From NCBI GenBank assembly GCA_017441005.1, contig JAFSAM010000073.1:7619-71618 (forward strand): a stretch of 64,000 nucleotides of DNA, given 5' to 3'. The notes under the pieces were generated by a model. It was not told the origin of the DNA. It was given only the letters and a program-made list of their open reading frames with translations, and searched no databases. The translations under genes were made by a program, and so were the position numbers. Source of the stretch: Clostridia bacterium. Its GTDB lineage: Bacteria; Bacillota; Clostridia; Oscillospirales; CAG-272. This document shows positions 56,317-64,000 of the stretch, piece by piece; positions within the stretch are counted from its first letter, which is position 1; each line of letters starts with the position of its first letter.

Positions 56317-57747
56317 TCATTTCTTTTCGATCAAAAACTGCGTAACTGCATATACAACACTGCCGTTGTGTTCAAGCATTGACCATCCGGTCTGATTATT
56401 TATTCCGATCCGCTTTACGTATTCGCCGTTTGCTAATAAGTATACGATCTGCGACCCTTCTGTGGAGGGCAACGAACGTAAATTCGTTTCGATTTTTGCG
56501 GTAACGTAATCCTCCGTTTTCACGAAACCGTCTTCGGAAATATCCTCCTCAGGCGGGTCATACACTTCGTTAGCTAAATACGAAGAAACCGCAAATACCT
56601 CTTCCCCGTCATACAAAAGTATTGACCAACCTTTGTCACTCATAGCGATCCTGTCAAGGAAAGTGCCGCTGTCCAACGTTCCGACAACCGTTCCCGATAC
56701 CGTGGACGGCAAAGAACGTAAATTAACCGTAATCTTTGCTGTCACGCAATCGTGATATTCATAGAACTCGACTCCGTGAATCACCTTATCTACGCTGTGC
56801 TGTGTCGGATCTGTAATCAACTCTGTCGGCACTTTAGACAGGTCTTTGGGCTCCGCCTTTTCGCACTGAAAATAGCACACGTTCAGATCTACATTGGTAT
56901 TAATGCCGTCTATCCTGCCCTTGTCCGAATACTGCCAGGCGTCAAATCTGCCTGAATATGTAGGAACATCTTTTTCCGGATAGTATGTCTTGGAATAGAG
57001 TGCGACCCATACCCTGTACTTTTCCTCGATCCGCCTCATATTCCAAAAAGATGAATCCATAAGGTCGTTTCTTGATCCGTAGTGCATAGGTTGATACCCG
57101 TTCGAAGCAACCTTATCGAGAAAAGCCAGCGCAATGTCCGTTCTCTCTTCCGCAGTAATATTATACATACGGCTTTTTTCCTCTTTATATCCTTCACAGT
57201 CATATACAACGGGATATGAGATCGGGTAACCTGCAATAATATCAAGCAGAAAATCCGCTTCTTCCTCGGATTCGGCTATATTGATTGCTGTTGAAAAGAA
57301 GTAAACACCGATTTTTATATCGTATTTGTTTGCCTGCTGAAGATTGTATTCGGCAAATTCATCCTTGTATATAAGACCGTTTTCACCTCTGTAACCTACC
57401 CTTATGAAAGCAAATTCTACTCCGCTTTGTTTAACCTTTTCCCACTCTATTTTTCCCTGCCACTTTGAAACGTCTATTCCATTGCTTCGCAATTCGACGG
57501 GGACGTACTCATTCTCGTAATAATAATCGGTTTGCTCGATCGGCTCCGTTTCTTCCGACTCACCTGTCTCGGTTTCGGGAGAAAGTGTGTATGACGGATC
57601 GTCTATGTTTTCTCCGCTTACAGGCTCTGCCGCGCCTGCTCCTGTAAGCGACCAAATAAGAACGATAATACTTATTAGCAACAAAACCGACAAAGTAGAA
57701 ATTATTATGTATTTTTTGTATTTTTCAAAAAAATCAAGAAACTTCAT
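56317..57747 (-). CDS. GH25 muramidase (lysozyme) with two C-terminal SH3b-like repeats
   Basis: TM/signal anchor, GH25 block GIDVSKWQGKIEWEKVKQSGVEFAFIRVGYRG...DAWQYSDKG. Two repeats of about 65 aa begin VTAKI.(V/T)NLRSLPST. Confidence 0.85.
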   Translation of the reverse strand: MKFLDFFEKYKKYIIISTLSVLLLISIIVLIWSLTGAGAAEPVSGENIDDPSYTLSPETETGESEETEPIEQTDYYYENEYVPVELRSNGIDVSKWQGKIEWEKVKQSGVEFAFIRVGYRGENGLIYKDEFAEYNLQQANKYDIKIGVYFFSTAINIAESEEEADFLLDIIAGYPISYPVVYDCEGYKEEKSRMYNITAEERTDIALAFLDKVASNGYQPMHYGSRNDLMDSSFWNMRRIEEKYRVWVALYSKTYYPEKDVPTYSGRFDAWQYSDKGRIDGINTNVDLNVCYFQCEKAEPKDLSKVPTELITDPTQHSVDKVIHGVEFYEYHDCVTAKITVNLRSLPSTVSGTVVGTLDSGTFLDRIAMSDKGWSILLYDGEEVFAVSSYLANEVYDPPEEDISEDGFVKTEDYVTAKIETNLRSLPSTEGSQIVYLLANGEYVKRIGINNQTGWSMLEHNGSVVYAVTQFLIEKK

Positions 57748-57887
57748 ATTTCCCCTTTATTCAGCAAAAATAACGTAACAGCATCTCATCTTATTATATA
57801 ATATCAGCTGATTTTATGCAAGGTCAATTCAAAAAAACATGATCAAAAAAGCAATATTTTTTCGATACAAAAAACCTTGTCTTTTCA

Positions 57888-58538
57888 TCAAGCAATTATA
57901 TCCAATATAGCAACGGCTCTCGCGGGAGCTCCGTCTGAATTTTCGATCTTCATCGGCAAACAACAGAACAAAAACGGTTCACTTCCGCACAAATCAAGAT
58001 TAGTCAGATTCTCAATATTGATGATCTCTTTTTTTGAAAAAAGCTCTTTATGAAACGCAAGCTCGGAAATAGGGTCAAGGCTGATAACGTCAAAGCCTAT
58101 CCCTTTGTATCGATTGCGGATTATATAATCAAGAACATCGCGACCTACACAGGGATAATTACCGAAATATTCATTTCTCCCCCATTTTTTGTCCCATCCA
58201 AAATTAAAAAGCAAAAAATCGACGTTTTCGAGTTGCTCGCCATATTTTTTCAATCTATCCATATTAACGGTCCCGCCGTCGGGAATATCTCTGCAATCGA
58301 TCACAATCGCTCTGCCCACAAAAGAATCCGCCAAAAAAGAATCAAGGGGCTTCTTATCGGCAAATATATGTGCCGGAGCGTCAATATGAGTCCCCGTATG
58401 CGAACACATCGTCATTCTTGTTTCCTTAAACCCGTCTTTTTCGTAAGCATTGGCAATTGCAAGTACCGGTTGCTCTGTGCCCGGATACACCGGCATATCA
58501 CTTCGTATTGTGTGTGTAAGATCAATAACCTTCATCAT
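57888..58538 (-). CDS. Cyclase-family protein (kynurenine formamidase-like metal hydrolase)
   Basis: IDLTH......P.YPG and CSHTGTHIDAPAH motif; 216 aa. Confidence 0.82.
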   Translation of the reverse strand: MMKVIDLTHTIRSDMPVYPGTEQPVLAIANAYEKDGFKETRMTMCSHTGTHIDAPAHIFADKKPLDSFLADSFVGRAIVIDCRDIPDGGTVNMDRLKKYGEQLENVDFLLFNFGWDKKWGRNEYFGNYPCVGRDVLDYIIRNRYKGIGFDVISLDPISELAFHKELFSKKEIINIENLTNLDLCGSEPFLFCCLPMKIENSDGAPARAVAILDIIA

Positions 58539-58593
58539 TATTCTCCTTATACTCTTTCTTCCTATTTTATCACATAATCAATAAAAAAACAAT

Positions 58594-58620
58594 AAAAAAC
58601 ACCTTTTCAGGTGTTTTTTA
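58594..58620. terminator. Terminator closing the ECF-sigma/MBOAT/DHHW array
   Basis: AAAAACACCT / AGGTGTTTTT stem with a tttc loop. It is symmetric, so it could function on either strand. Confidence 0.8.
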
Positions 58621-58623
58621 TTG

Positions 58624-59748
58624 TTATTTAAGCGTATTGCTGTTATTCAGAACCAAAGTACTGTAAATAAACAAAACGTCTTTATTTTTGAAATCCACCA
58701 AATTCTGCAAAGAGTTTGGCATTTCTGTTTTGAGAGACGAAATATAACGAATATCAATAACCGTTATACTCTTATACCCCGATGCAAGCAAGGGTACGAG
58801 ACTGCTTCCGAAGGAATCGCGGAAGACAACAAGCTCTTTATCTGTTGTTGCTTGGGGATTCTCGATTACAATAAATGATACAGAACCGGAAAGGAACGTC
58901 TCATAAAGGTCATATCCGTTTGCTTTTTCCATATCATACATTGACATTTCCTTACCCGTTTCATAGTTCTTGATGATACAAGAATCTATGATGTCGCTTG
59001 TAAGATAATTCAAGGTATCCTTTTCGACGGGCAAAGCCGACTGACCGTAGTATACACCGGCAAAAGTTTTTTCAAGGGTGTTCAGCTTGTAGTTCTTATC
59101 AAGCGTTGTACCCATAGCCTCTGCAAGTCTGTCTGCAACGTCGGTTATACACTCCTGCTTCCAGTGTGTATCTGTAAGATAGTAATCATCCTTGCTCAAA
59201 AGATCGGAAATGTCGATATACGTCGCAAAATCCTTGGTGTTTTCTTGCATAAGCTTAAAAAACAGATCGTAATCCATCGCCAGGTGACCGCTTTCCTCTG
59301 CAATAAATGCATTTTTGTCGGGAATAACCGAAAGATAAACCTTGCCGCCGTTATCCTTTAAATAAGTATTGTATACGTATTTAAACTTGTTTGCAGCATG
59401 CACAACCTGGTCTTGCTTCAAAGGATATTCGTGCTTACCTATCATACCGTCGGACGTAACGAATATATCGTTATTGTCAAGATGACCGAAAACGTATTTT
59501 GCGGTAAGAGCCTTTATAGTTCTGAAGCTGTCTCTTGCAGGAAACTGATCAAGAGTATAGTCTTCAAACGTTTGCATAAACTTACCCGAAACCAAAGTTT
59601 TAACACTTAATTCGGGAAACTGTTTAAGCTCACGTCGCTCGGTCGTGCTGAAATCCGTCGCAGGCTTAAACCAGCACCAAAACGAAATGCCAAAAAGCAA
59701 GACGGAAAGTAATATTAATTGTACGTAATCTTTTATACGAGTATTCAT
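58624..59748 (-). CDS. DHHW-family / AlgJ-AlgX-like SGNH protein (extracytoplasmic partner of MBOAT)
   Basis: N-terminal TM anchor and a DxHW block (YYLTDTHWKQ) as in AlgJ/AlgX/DHHW proteins. Starts 13 nt after the MBOAT gene. Confidence 0.75.
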   Translation of the reverse strand: MNTRIKDYVQLILLSVLLFGISFWCWFKPATDFSTTERRELKQFPELSVKTLVSGKFMQTFEDYTLDQFPARDSFRTIKALTAKYVFGHLDNNDIFVTSDGMIGKHEYPLKQDQVVHAANKFKYVYNTYLKDNGGKVYLSVIPDKNAFIAEESGHLAMDYDLFFKLMQENTKDFATYIDISDLLSKDDYYLTDTHWKQECITDVADRLAEAMGTTLDKNYKLNTLEKTFAGVYYGQSALPVEKDTLNYLTSDIIDSCIIKNYETGKEMSMYDMEKANGYDLYETFLSGSVSFIVIENPQATTDKELVVFRDSFGSSLVPLLASGYKSITVIDIRYISSLKTEMPNSLQNLVDFKNKDVLFIYSTLVLNNSNTLK

Positions 59749-59761
59749 AACTTACCTCCCA

Positions 59762-61165
59762 TCAAAATCTGAAATACAGAAAAGGATTGAACGAGCCATC
59801 AACAAGGAACGAAGTCATGATGATCAAAAGAACTGCCAACACCAAAGGCTCCGCCGTGTTTATGATCTTCATACCCGATTTTGTTTCGCGAATCTTGGCA
59901 ATACTGTTCTTCATAAATGGTGTAGCCCCTATAAAAGCGATAATAAATATCAATGCATAGGAACGCAAATAGTAGAGTGTCTCCGTTGTGATAAACGGAA
60001 GATTTCCAAAACCGAAAAGAGAAATAATATCATTCCATGCCTGAGACATAGAAGAAGCATTGAAGATAATAAAACTGATCATTACGACAAAAAGAACGTA
60101 AATACGAGAAAGAACCTTGTGTTTTCCAAAGTGTTTGAGAAGCCAAAGCTTTTCGATCACCAAAAGAACACCGAACATTAATCCCCATATAATAAAGTTC
60201 CAGGCAGCACCGTGCCAGAAGCCCGTTGCAAGCCAGACGATAAATATATTGATAAACCATCTGTATCTTTTTTTCACTCTGTTTCCGCCCAAGGGGATAT
60301 AGAGATAGTCTCTGAACCAAGAGCCGAGGGACATGTGCCAACGGCGCCAAAACTCTGTTACGCTTACAGAAACATAGGGATAATTGAAGTTTTCGAGGAA
60401 ATTAAAGCCAAACATGTGACCGAGACCGATCGCCATATCACTGTATCCCGAAAAGTCAAAATAAATGTGAAGCGAGAACGCAATGCCGTATATCCAGGCA
60501 AATACTACAGACTGTCCGCTTGTTTCTCTGAAAATATCACAAAGCTCACCAAGAGCATTTGCGACAAGGATCTTTTTTGCAAGACCAAGAACAAAGCGCC
60601 TGATACCCAAAGAAAGCTTGTCTACAGTATGAACTCGTGTTCTAAGCTGTCTTTCAACATCAACGTATCTTACGATAGGACCTGCAATGAGCTGCGGAAA
60701 CATAGCAATGTATGCCGCCAAGTTAATAATATTTTTCTGTGCACAGGTATCTGCTCTGTATACGTCAATAATATAGCTGACGATCTGGAATGTGTAGAAG
60801 CTGATACCAATGGGCAAAGCAATTTTTAGAACAGGAACTGATATTCCCGTTAATGCACCAAAGTTTTCAACAAAGAAATTTGCATATTTGTAGTAAATCA
60901 GAAAACTGAACGCTATTACGACACCCAATATCATAGAAATCTTGCTGTAGACTGTACCGCGGAATTTTTCAATCAACAAACCGCTGATATAACCTATCAG
61001 GATCGATATGACCATCAAAAGTACCAATTTAGGTTCACCCCAGCCATAAAAAACAAGGCTGAATAGAAGCAGAACCGTGTTTTTTAAGCACCGGGGTGAA
61101 ATAAAGTACGTTATCAGGACACAAGGGAGAAAGTAATAGAGAAACGGTATGCTTGAAAATAACAT
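59762..61165 (-). CDS. MBOAT-family membrane O-acyltransferase (AlgI/DltB-like)
   Basis: 467 aa, polytopic. FWRRWHMSLGSWFRDYLYIPLGGNR (the conserved MBOAT His block) and a later WHGAAWNF. Confidence 0.9.
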   Translation of the reverse strand: MLFSSIPFLYYFLPCVLITYFISPRCLKNTVLLLFSLVFYGWGEPKLVLLMVISILIGYISGLLIEKFRGTVYSKISMILGVVIAFSFLIYYKYANFFVENFGALTGISVPVLKIALPIGISFYTFQIVSYIIDVYRADTCAQKNIINLAAYIAMFPQLIAGPIVRYVDVERQLRTRVHTVDKLSLGIRRFVLGLAKKILVANALGELCDIFRETSGQSVVFAWIYGIAFSLHIYFDFSGYSDMAIGLGHMFGFNFLENFNYPYVSVSVTEFWRRWHMSLGSWFRDYLYIPLGGNRVKKRYRWFINIFIVWLATGFWHGAAWNFIIWGLMFGVLLVIEKLWLLKHFGKHKVLSRIYVLFVVMISFIIFNASSMSQAWNDIISLFGFGNLPFITTETLYYLRSYALIFIIAFIGATPFMKNSIAKIRETKSGMKIINTAEPLVLAVLLIIMTSFLVDGSFNPFLYFRF

Positions 61166-61236
61166 GTTGTTCTCCTCGTGTGTCGAAAATGACTAAAAGC
61201 TTTGATAATTTTGTTTATTATAGTATCGTCAATTAA

Positions 61237-61806
61237 TTATGCAATTGCTTCAACTTCAATTTCAGCCATTTCATACTGTGCTTCAAGGTGTCCCTTGAAG
61301 GTTTCGATGATTTCGCCGTTACCGAAAGCAACTACAACATAGCCGTCGCCGATTGTAGCAGTGAGAAGCTTTTCGGGGAATCCGCACATCCACTGATTGC
61401 CCTGGATAGCAGTCTTCATTGTTGTGATAAATGCCTTTGCATCGGAGCCTTCCTTGATAGCATAAGCTGCACCTGTAAAGGTATTAGCGTTCATAGCGTG
61501 GAAAAGGGATGCAGCACTGTCGATCATTGCAGCAGCATCTGCGTTACAAATAAGCTGAGCAGCCAAAAGCTCTGCGTTTGCAATGTTGAATGCGCCGGGA
61601 GCATTGTCTACGGGGTTTTCACCGTCACCGCCCATAGCAAAGAACTTCTGTTCGTCGCCGTATGCAGCCCAAACCTTCTCGAGGATCTCAACTGCGGAAG
61701 CGATTTCAACTGTTTCTTTTTTGTCTTCTTTCTTTTCGTCAGCTCCGCAAGCTACGAGCGCGAAGATCATAAGGGATGCGAGTAAAAGTGCGAGTAATTT
61801 TTTCAT
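61237..61806 (-). CDS. Predicted lipoprotein, function unknown
   Basis: Signal peptide with lipobox FALVAC, then a Lys/Glu-rich linker and a globular domain of about 150 aa. AAGGAGAA RBS. Confidence 0.75.
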   Translation of the reverse strand: MKKLLALLLASLMIFALVACGADEKKEDKKETVEIASAVEILEKVWAAYGDEQKFFAMGGDGENPVDNAPGAFNIANAELLAAQLICNADAAAMIDSAASLFHAMNANTFTGAAYAIKEGSDAKAFITTMKTAIQGNQWMCGFPEKLLTATIGDGYVVVAFGNGEIIETFKGHLEAQYEMAEIEVEAIA

Positions 61807-61839
61807 TGTGGTTTTCTCCTTTTGTTTTTAAATATATTT

Positions 61840-62343
61840 TTATTTTATTTTTTTTACAATAACTTTTTGATCAGCTTCTGAATACGAGACCTCGTAATCT
61901 TCACCGTTCACACGGATCGAATCTTTTTCTTCTGATATCTGCCAAACTATCTCTATTTTATTCTTGACGTTTTTTATCGTTTTCAACGTTTCGAGCGAAC
62001 CGTTATTTGCAAGATAAAAATTGTTACTCTCCGTTTCGATATTAAGCTCTGCCTCAGACGAAACTACCAAAGTAACATGGGAAGTAAGTCTTGAGGTTGC
62101 GCTCAATACAGCCGTATCGTCGACGTAAATGCTTACGTCAGTCCCTCCGTTTTTTAATACCACAGCACCGACGAGCAGCATAAGCAAGCAGGCCGCCATA
62201 GCATATACAATCTTATAACCTTTTAGAAAATTAGGTAAAAGCTTTTTAGAAGGAGTATTTTCTGTCGCAGACAAAACTCTTGCTTTAAGCTCTGCGGGAG
62301 CTTTGATCTGCCTGTACTGTTCAATCCCTGAACCCTTATTCAT
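61840..62343 (-). CDS. Single-pass membrane protein, candidate anti-sigma factor
   Basis: The ATG overlaps the sigma-factor stop by 8 nt. An N-terminal cytoplasmic segment of about 45 aa precedes the TM helix IVYAMAACLLMLLVGAVVL and an extracytoplasmic domain of about 100 aa. The call rests on position and topology only. Confidence 0.55.
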   Translation of the reverse strand: MNKGSGIEQYRQIKAPAELKARVLSATENTPSKKLLPNFLKGYKIVYAMAACLLMLLVGAVVLKNGGTDVSIYVDDTAVLSATSRLTSHVTLVVSSEAELNIETESNNFYLANNGSLETLKTIKNVKNKIEIVWQISEEKDSIRVNGEDYEVSYSEADQKVIVKKIK

Positions 62344-62827
62344 AAAAATCCTCCGGCTTATGTGATACGTTTAATATCTCTCTTGCGCGCAACAAACGCA
62401 TTTTCACGGCAGAAACCGAAATATCAAGAATCCCTGCAGTTTCTTCAACCGAAAACCCTTCAAAATAATGCAAGACCAAAACCGTCTTATACTTTTCCGG
62501 CAGTGACTCAAGCATCTCTCTTACGGCAAGAGATAAATTATTCTCCTCATCCGGCAGATCATACACCTCATCGAGCGGTGTGTAGCTTCTGACCTTATTC
62601 TTTCTGCTCAGGTCATGTGCTCGATTCACCGTAACACGTATAAGCCACGCCTTCTCGTGCAATGCATTATCAAATTTCTTTTTGACCGTCGCATACTTCA
62701 CAAAAACGTCCTGAACAACGTCCATTGCATCGTGTTGATCAGCGGTATGAGTGAGAGCGATACGATACAGCATATCCGAATATTCGTCATACACTTTTTC
62801 AAGGTCTGTATGCAAATTGGGTGCCAT
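62336..62827 (-). CDS. RNA polymerase sigma-70 factor, ECF subfamily
   Basis: Region 2 (DAMDVVQDVFVKY...WLIRVTVNRAHDLSRK) and region 4 (LPEKYKTVLVLHYFEGFSVEETAGILDISVSAVKMRLLRAR). ATG 62827 lies 8 nt after AAAGGAG; the ORF opens at 62845. Confidence 0.9.
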   Translation of the reverse strand: MAPNLHTDLEKVYDEYSDMLYRIALTHTADQHDAMDVVQDVFVKYATVKKKFDNALHEKAWLIRVTVNRAHDLSRKNKVRSYTPLDEVYDLPDEENNLSLAVREMLESLPEKYKTVLVLHYFEGFSVEETAGILDISVSAVKMRLLRAREILNVSHKPEDFYE

Positions 62828-62852
62828 CACCGTATCTCCTTTCATAACTAAA

Positions 62853-62878
62853 ACGTTTCACAAAAGCAAAAGGTCACA
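62853..62878 (-). promoter_or_regulatory. Candidate ECF-type (autoregulated) promoter
   Basis: On the minus strand: TGACC (62876-62872), 16 nt, CGT (62855-62853), followed by ttt. This resembles GAAC-N16/17-CGT ECF promoters and lies about 25 nt upstream of the sigma start codon. Confidence 0.3.
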
Positions 62879-63077
62879 AAAAAATAAAAAATTTCTTAAA
62901 ATTATTTTTTTGCACACCCTCGCCTTTTATAATACTATACTTTTCCAATTATTTCAATAGGTTTTCAAAAACAAAAGATTAAAACACAAAACAGCTTCGC
63001 CGAAGTCTTTGTATAACACAAGACCCACAGGTTTCCCTGTGGGTTAATCTTTTTCTTGTACAATGTTCAATTGTTTT

Positions 63078-63989
63078 TTATTTTATCTTTTTAAAATTGC
63101 CGTAAGTTTCATTTACGGTTTCCGAAAATGCGAAGGTTTCATCATACTTTGCAAGCATATTTTTGAAATCAACAAGCTGATGCCTGTTTATAACGCACAG
63201 CAAAACACTCTTGTTGTCATTGCTGAACGAACCCAGTGCCTCTATCCTCGTCGAGCTGTGTCTAAAGTTTTTTGTAATATCTTCCATTATTTCGGCAGGA
63301 TGTGTTGTTATAATGGTAAACTTGGTAGCAAGCTTTGTACCCTTAATAATCGAGTTACCTACAAAGGTAGAAACAAAACAGTATGTAACACAAAGACAAA
63401 CCGGTCTGTAATCAAGTCCGCCTATTCCGCCCTCTTCAAGAGGCGAAGAATAAACAAACAGCGAAATAACAGCTACAACTGCATTAAGTGCAAAATTTAC
63501 CCAGAAGAAGTTTAACTCCGGTTTCTTCTTACTTATAAATTTTGAAATAATATGAGTACCGCCTGTAGAAGAGTTTGTACGAAAGCACGCCCCGTAAACG
63601 TAACCGCTTATAAGACCGCTGAGTATTGCGGGAAAAATGGTATCCATTCCCTGCGCATCATATTGCATAAACTCGAGCCCAAGCTTTTGTAAGTACAAGA
63701 AAACAAACGAATAAGTAAGACAAAAAACCAAAGACAGCTTTGCAAACTTCTTTCCAATGAAGAAATAAGAAAAAATACATAATGGAACATTGATAAGCAA
63801 GGTCATATAACCTATACTGAAATTACACTTATACTGAATCATTGTTGCAATTCCATTGATCCCTGCAGGAGCAAAATCATTTTCCACAATAAACAATTGA
63901 TAGTTAAACGCAAGAATTACAGCAACAAAGACTGTATACAAATACGGCCAAACATCTTTAAAACTGATTTTTTTCTCCAAGTCCTTCAC
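63078..63989 (-). CDS. YitT-family membrane protein (DUF2179 C-terminal domain)
   Basis: 303 aa. Five to six TM helices with the NDFAPAGINGIA block typical of YitT, then a soluble C-terminal domain. Confidence 0.8.
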   Translation of the reverse strand: MKDLEKKISFKDVWPYLYTVFVAVILAFNYQLFIVENDFAPAGINGIATMIQYKCNFSIGYMTLLINVPLCIFSYFFIGKKFAKLSLVFCLTYSFVFLYLQKLGLEFMQYDAQGMDTIFPAILSGLISGYVYGACFRTNSSTGGTHIISKFISKKKPELNFFWVNFALNAVVAVISLFVYSSPLEEGGIGGLDYRPVCLCVTYCFVSTFVGNSIIKGTKLATKFTIITTHPAEIMEDITKNFRHSSTRIEALGSFSNDNKSVLLCVINRHQLVDFKNMLAKYDETFAFSETVNETYGNFKKIK

Positions 63990-64000
63990 ACGAAATCACT

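Noticed and set aside
1-64000. Scan for CRISPR arrays, IS elements or transposases, integrases, phage modules, toxin-antitoxin pairs and known defence-system genes
   Set aside because: I found none. The only tandem repeat is the 36-bp unit inside the serpin gene. There are no spaced direct repeats, DDE or tyrosine/serine recombinase motifs, or restriction-modification, Abi or nuclease-helicase clusters. The window reads as core chromosome.

Overview
This 64 kb window looks like ordinary chromosomal backbone of a moderately AT-rich, endospore-forming Firmicute of class Clostridia. The lineage call is an inference from gene content: a complete spoIIIAA-AH operon, a SpoVB-like flippase, a PdaA-type deacetylase with a DacB-like carboxypeptidase, ecfA1-ecfA2-ecfT-truA, and ruvC-ruvA-ruvB.

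I can support about 60 protein genes, one tRNA-Val(GAC), one yybP-ykoY (Mn2+) riboswitch with its expression-platform terminator, several sigma-A-type promoters and about 17 intrinsic terminators. Coding density is high and most products are recognisable:
- Metabolism: Gfo/Idh/MocA oxidoreductases, CysK, DeoB, Pgi, malic enzyme, acyl-CoA ligase.
- Transport: FtsX/ABC pair, MsbA-like ABC exporter, ECF module, FeoAB, MATE, split ThrE, a SERCA-like P-type ATPase, SufCB.
- DNA/RNA functions: RuvABC, TopB, Dut, TruA, two RNA methyltransferases.

I see no CRISPR array, transposase, integrase, phage gene or recognisable defence gene. I cannot claim a clear-cut new system.

The candidates most worth a second look are:
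1. A five-gene ECF sigma / anti-sigma / lipoprotein / MBOAT / DHHW array (58.6-62.9 kb). It looks like an inducible envelope O-acylation module of unknown substrate.
2. A full-length P-type ATPase homologue with all catalytic signatures ablated, sitting directly behind clpE (22.8-25.6 kb).
3. The Mn2+ riboswitch in front of the catalytically intact P-type ATPase (48.7 kb).
4. A lipoprotein serpin with a 36-bp tandem repeat (9.2-10.5 kb).
5. An unannotated 27-codon membrane micro-ORF (51.7 kb).
6. A 136-aa stand-alone P-loop protein with a structured leader (16.2-16.8 kb).
7. A perfect 26-bp palindrome in the long divergent intergenic region upstream of feoAB (42.3 kb).

All family assignments come from reading motifs by eye. 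No database search was run.
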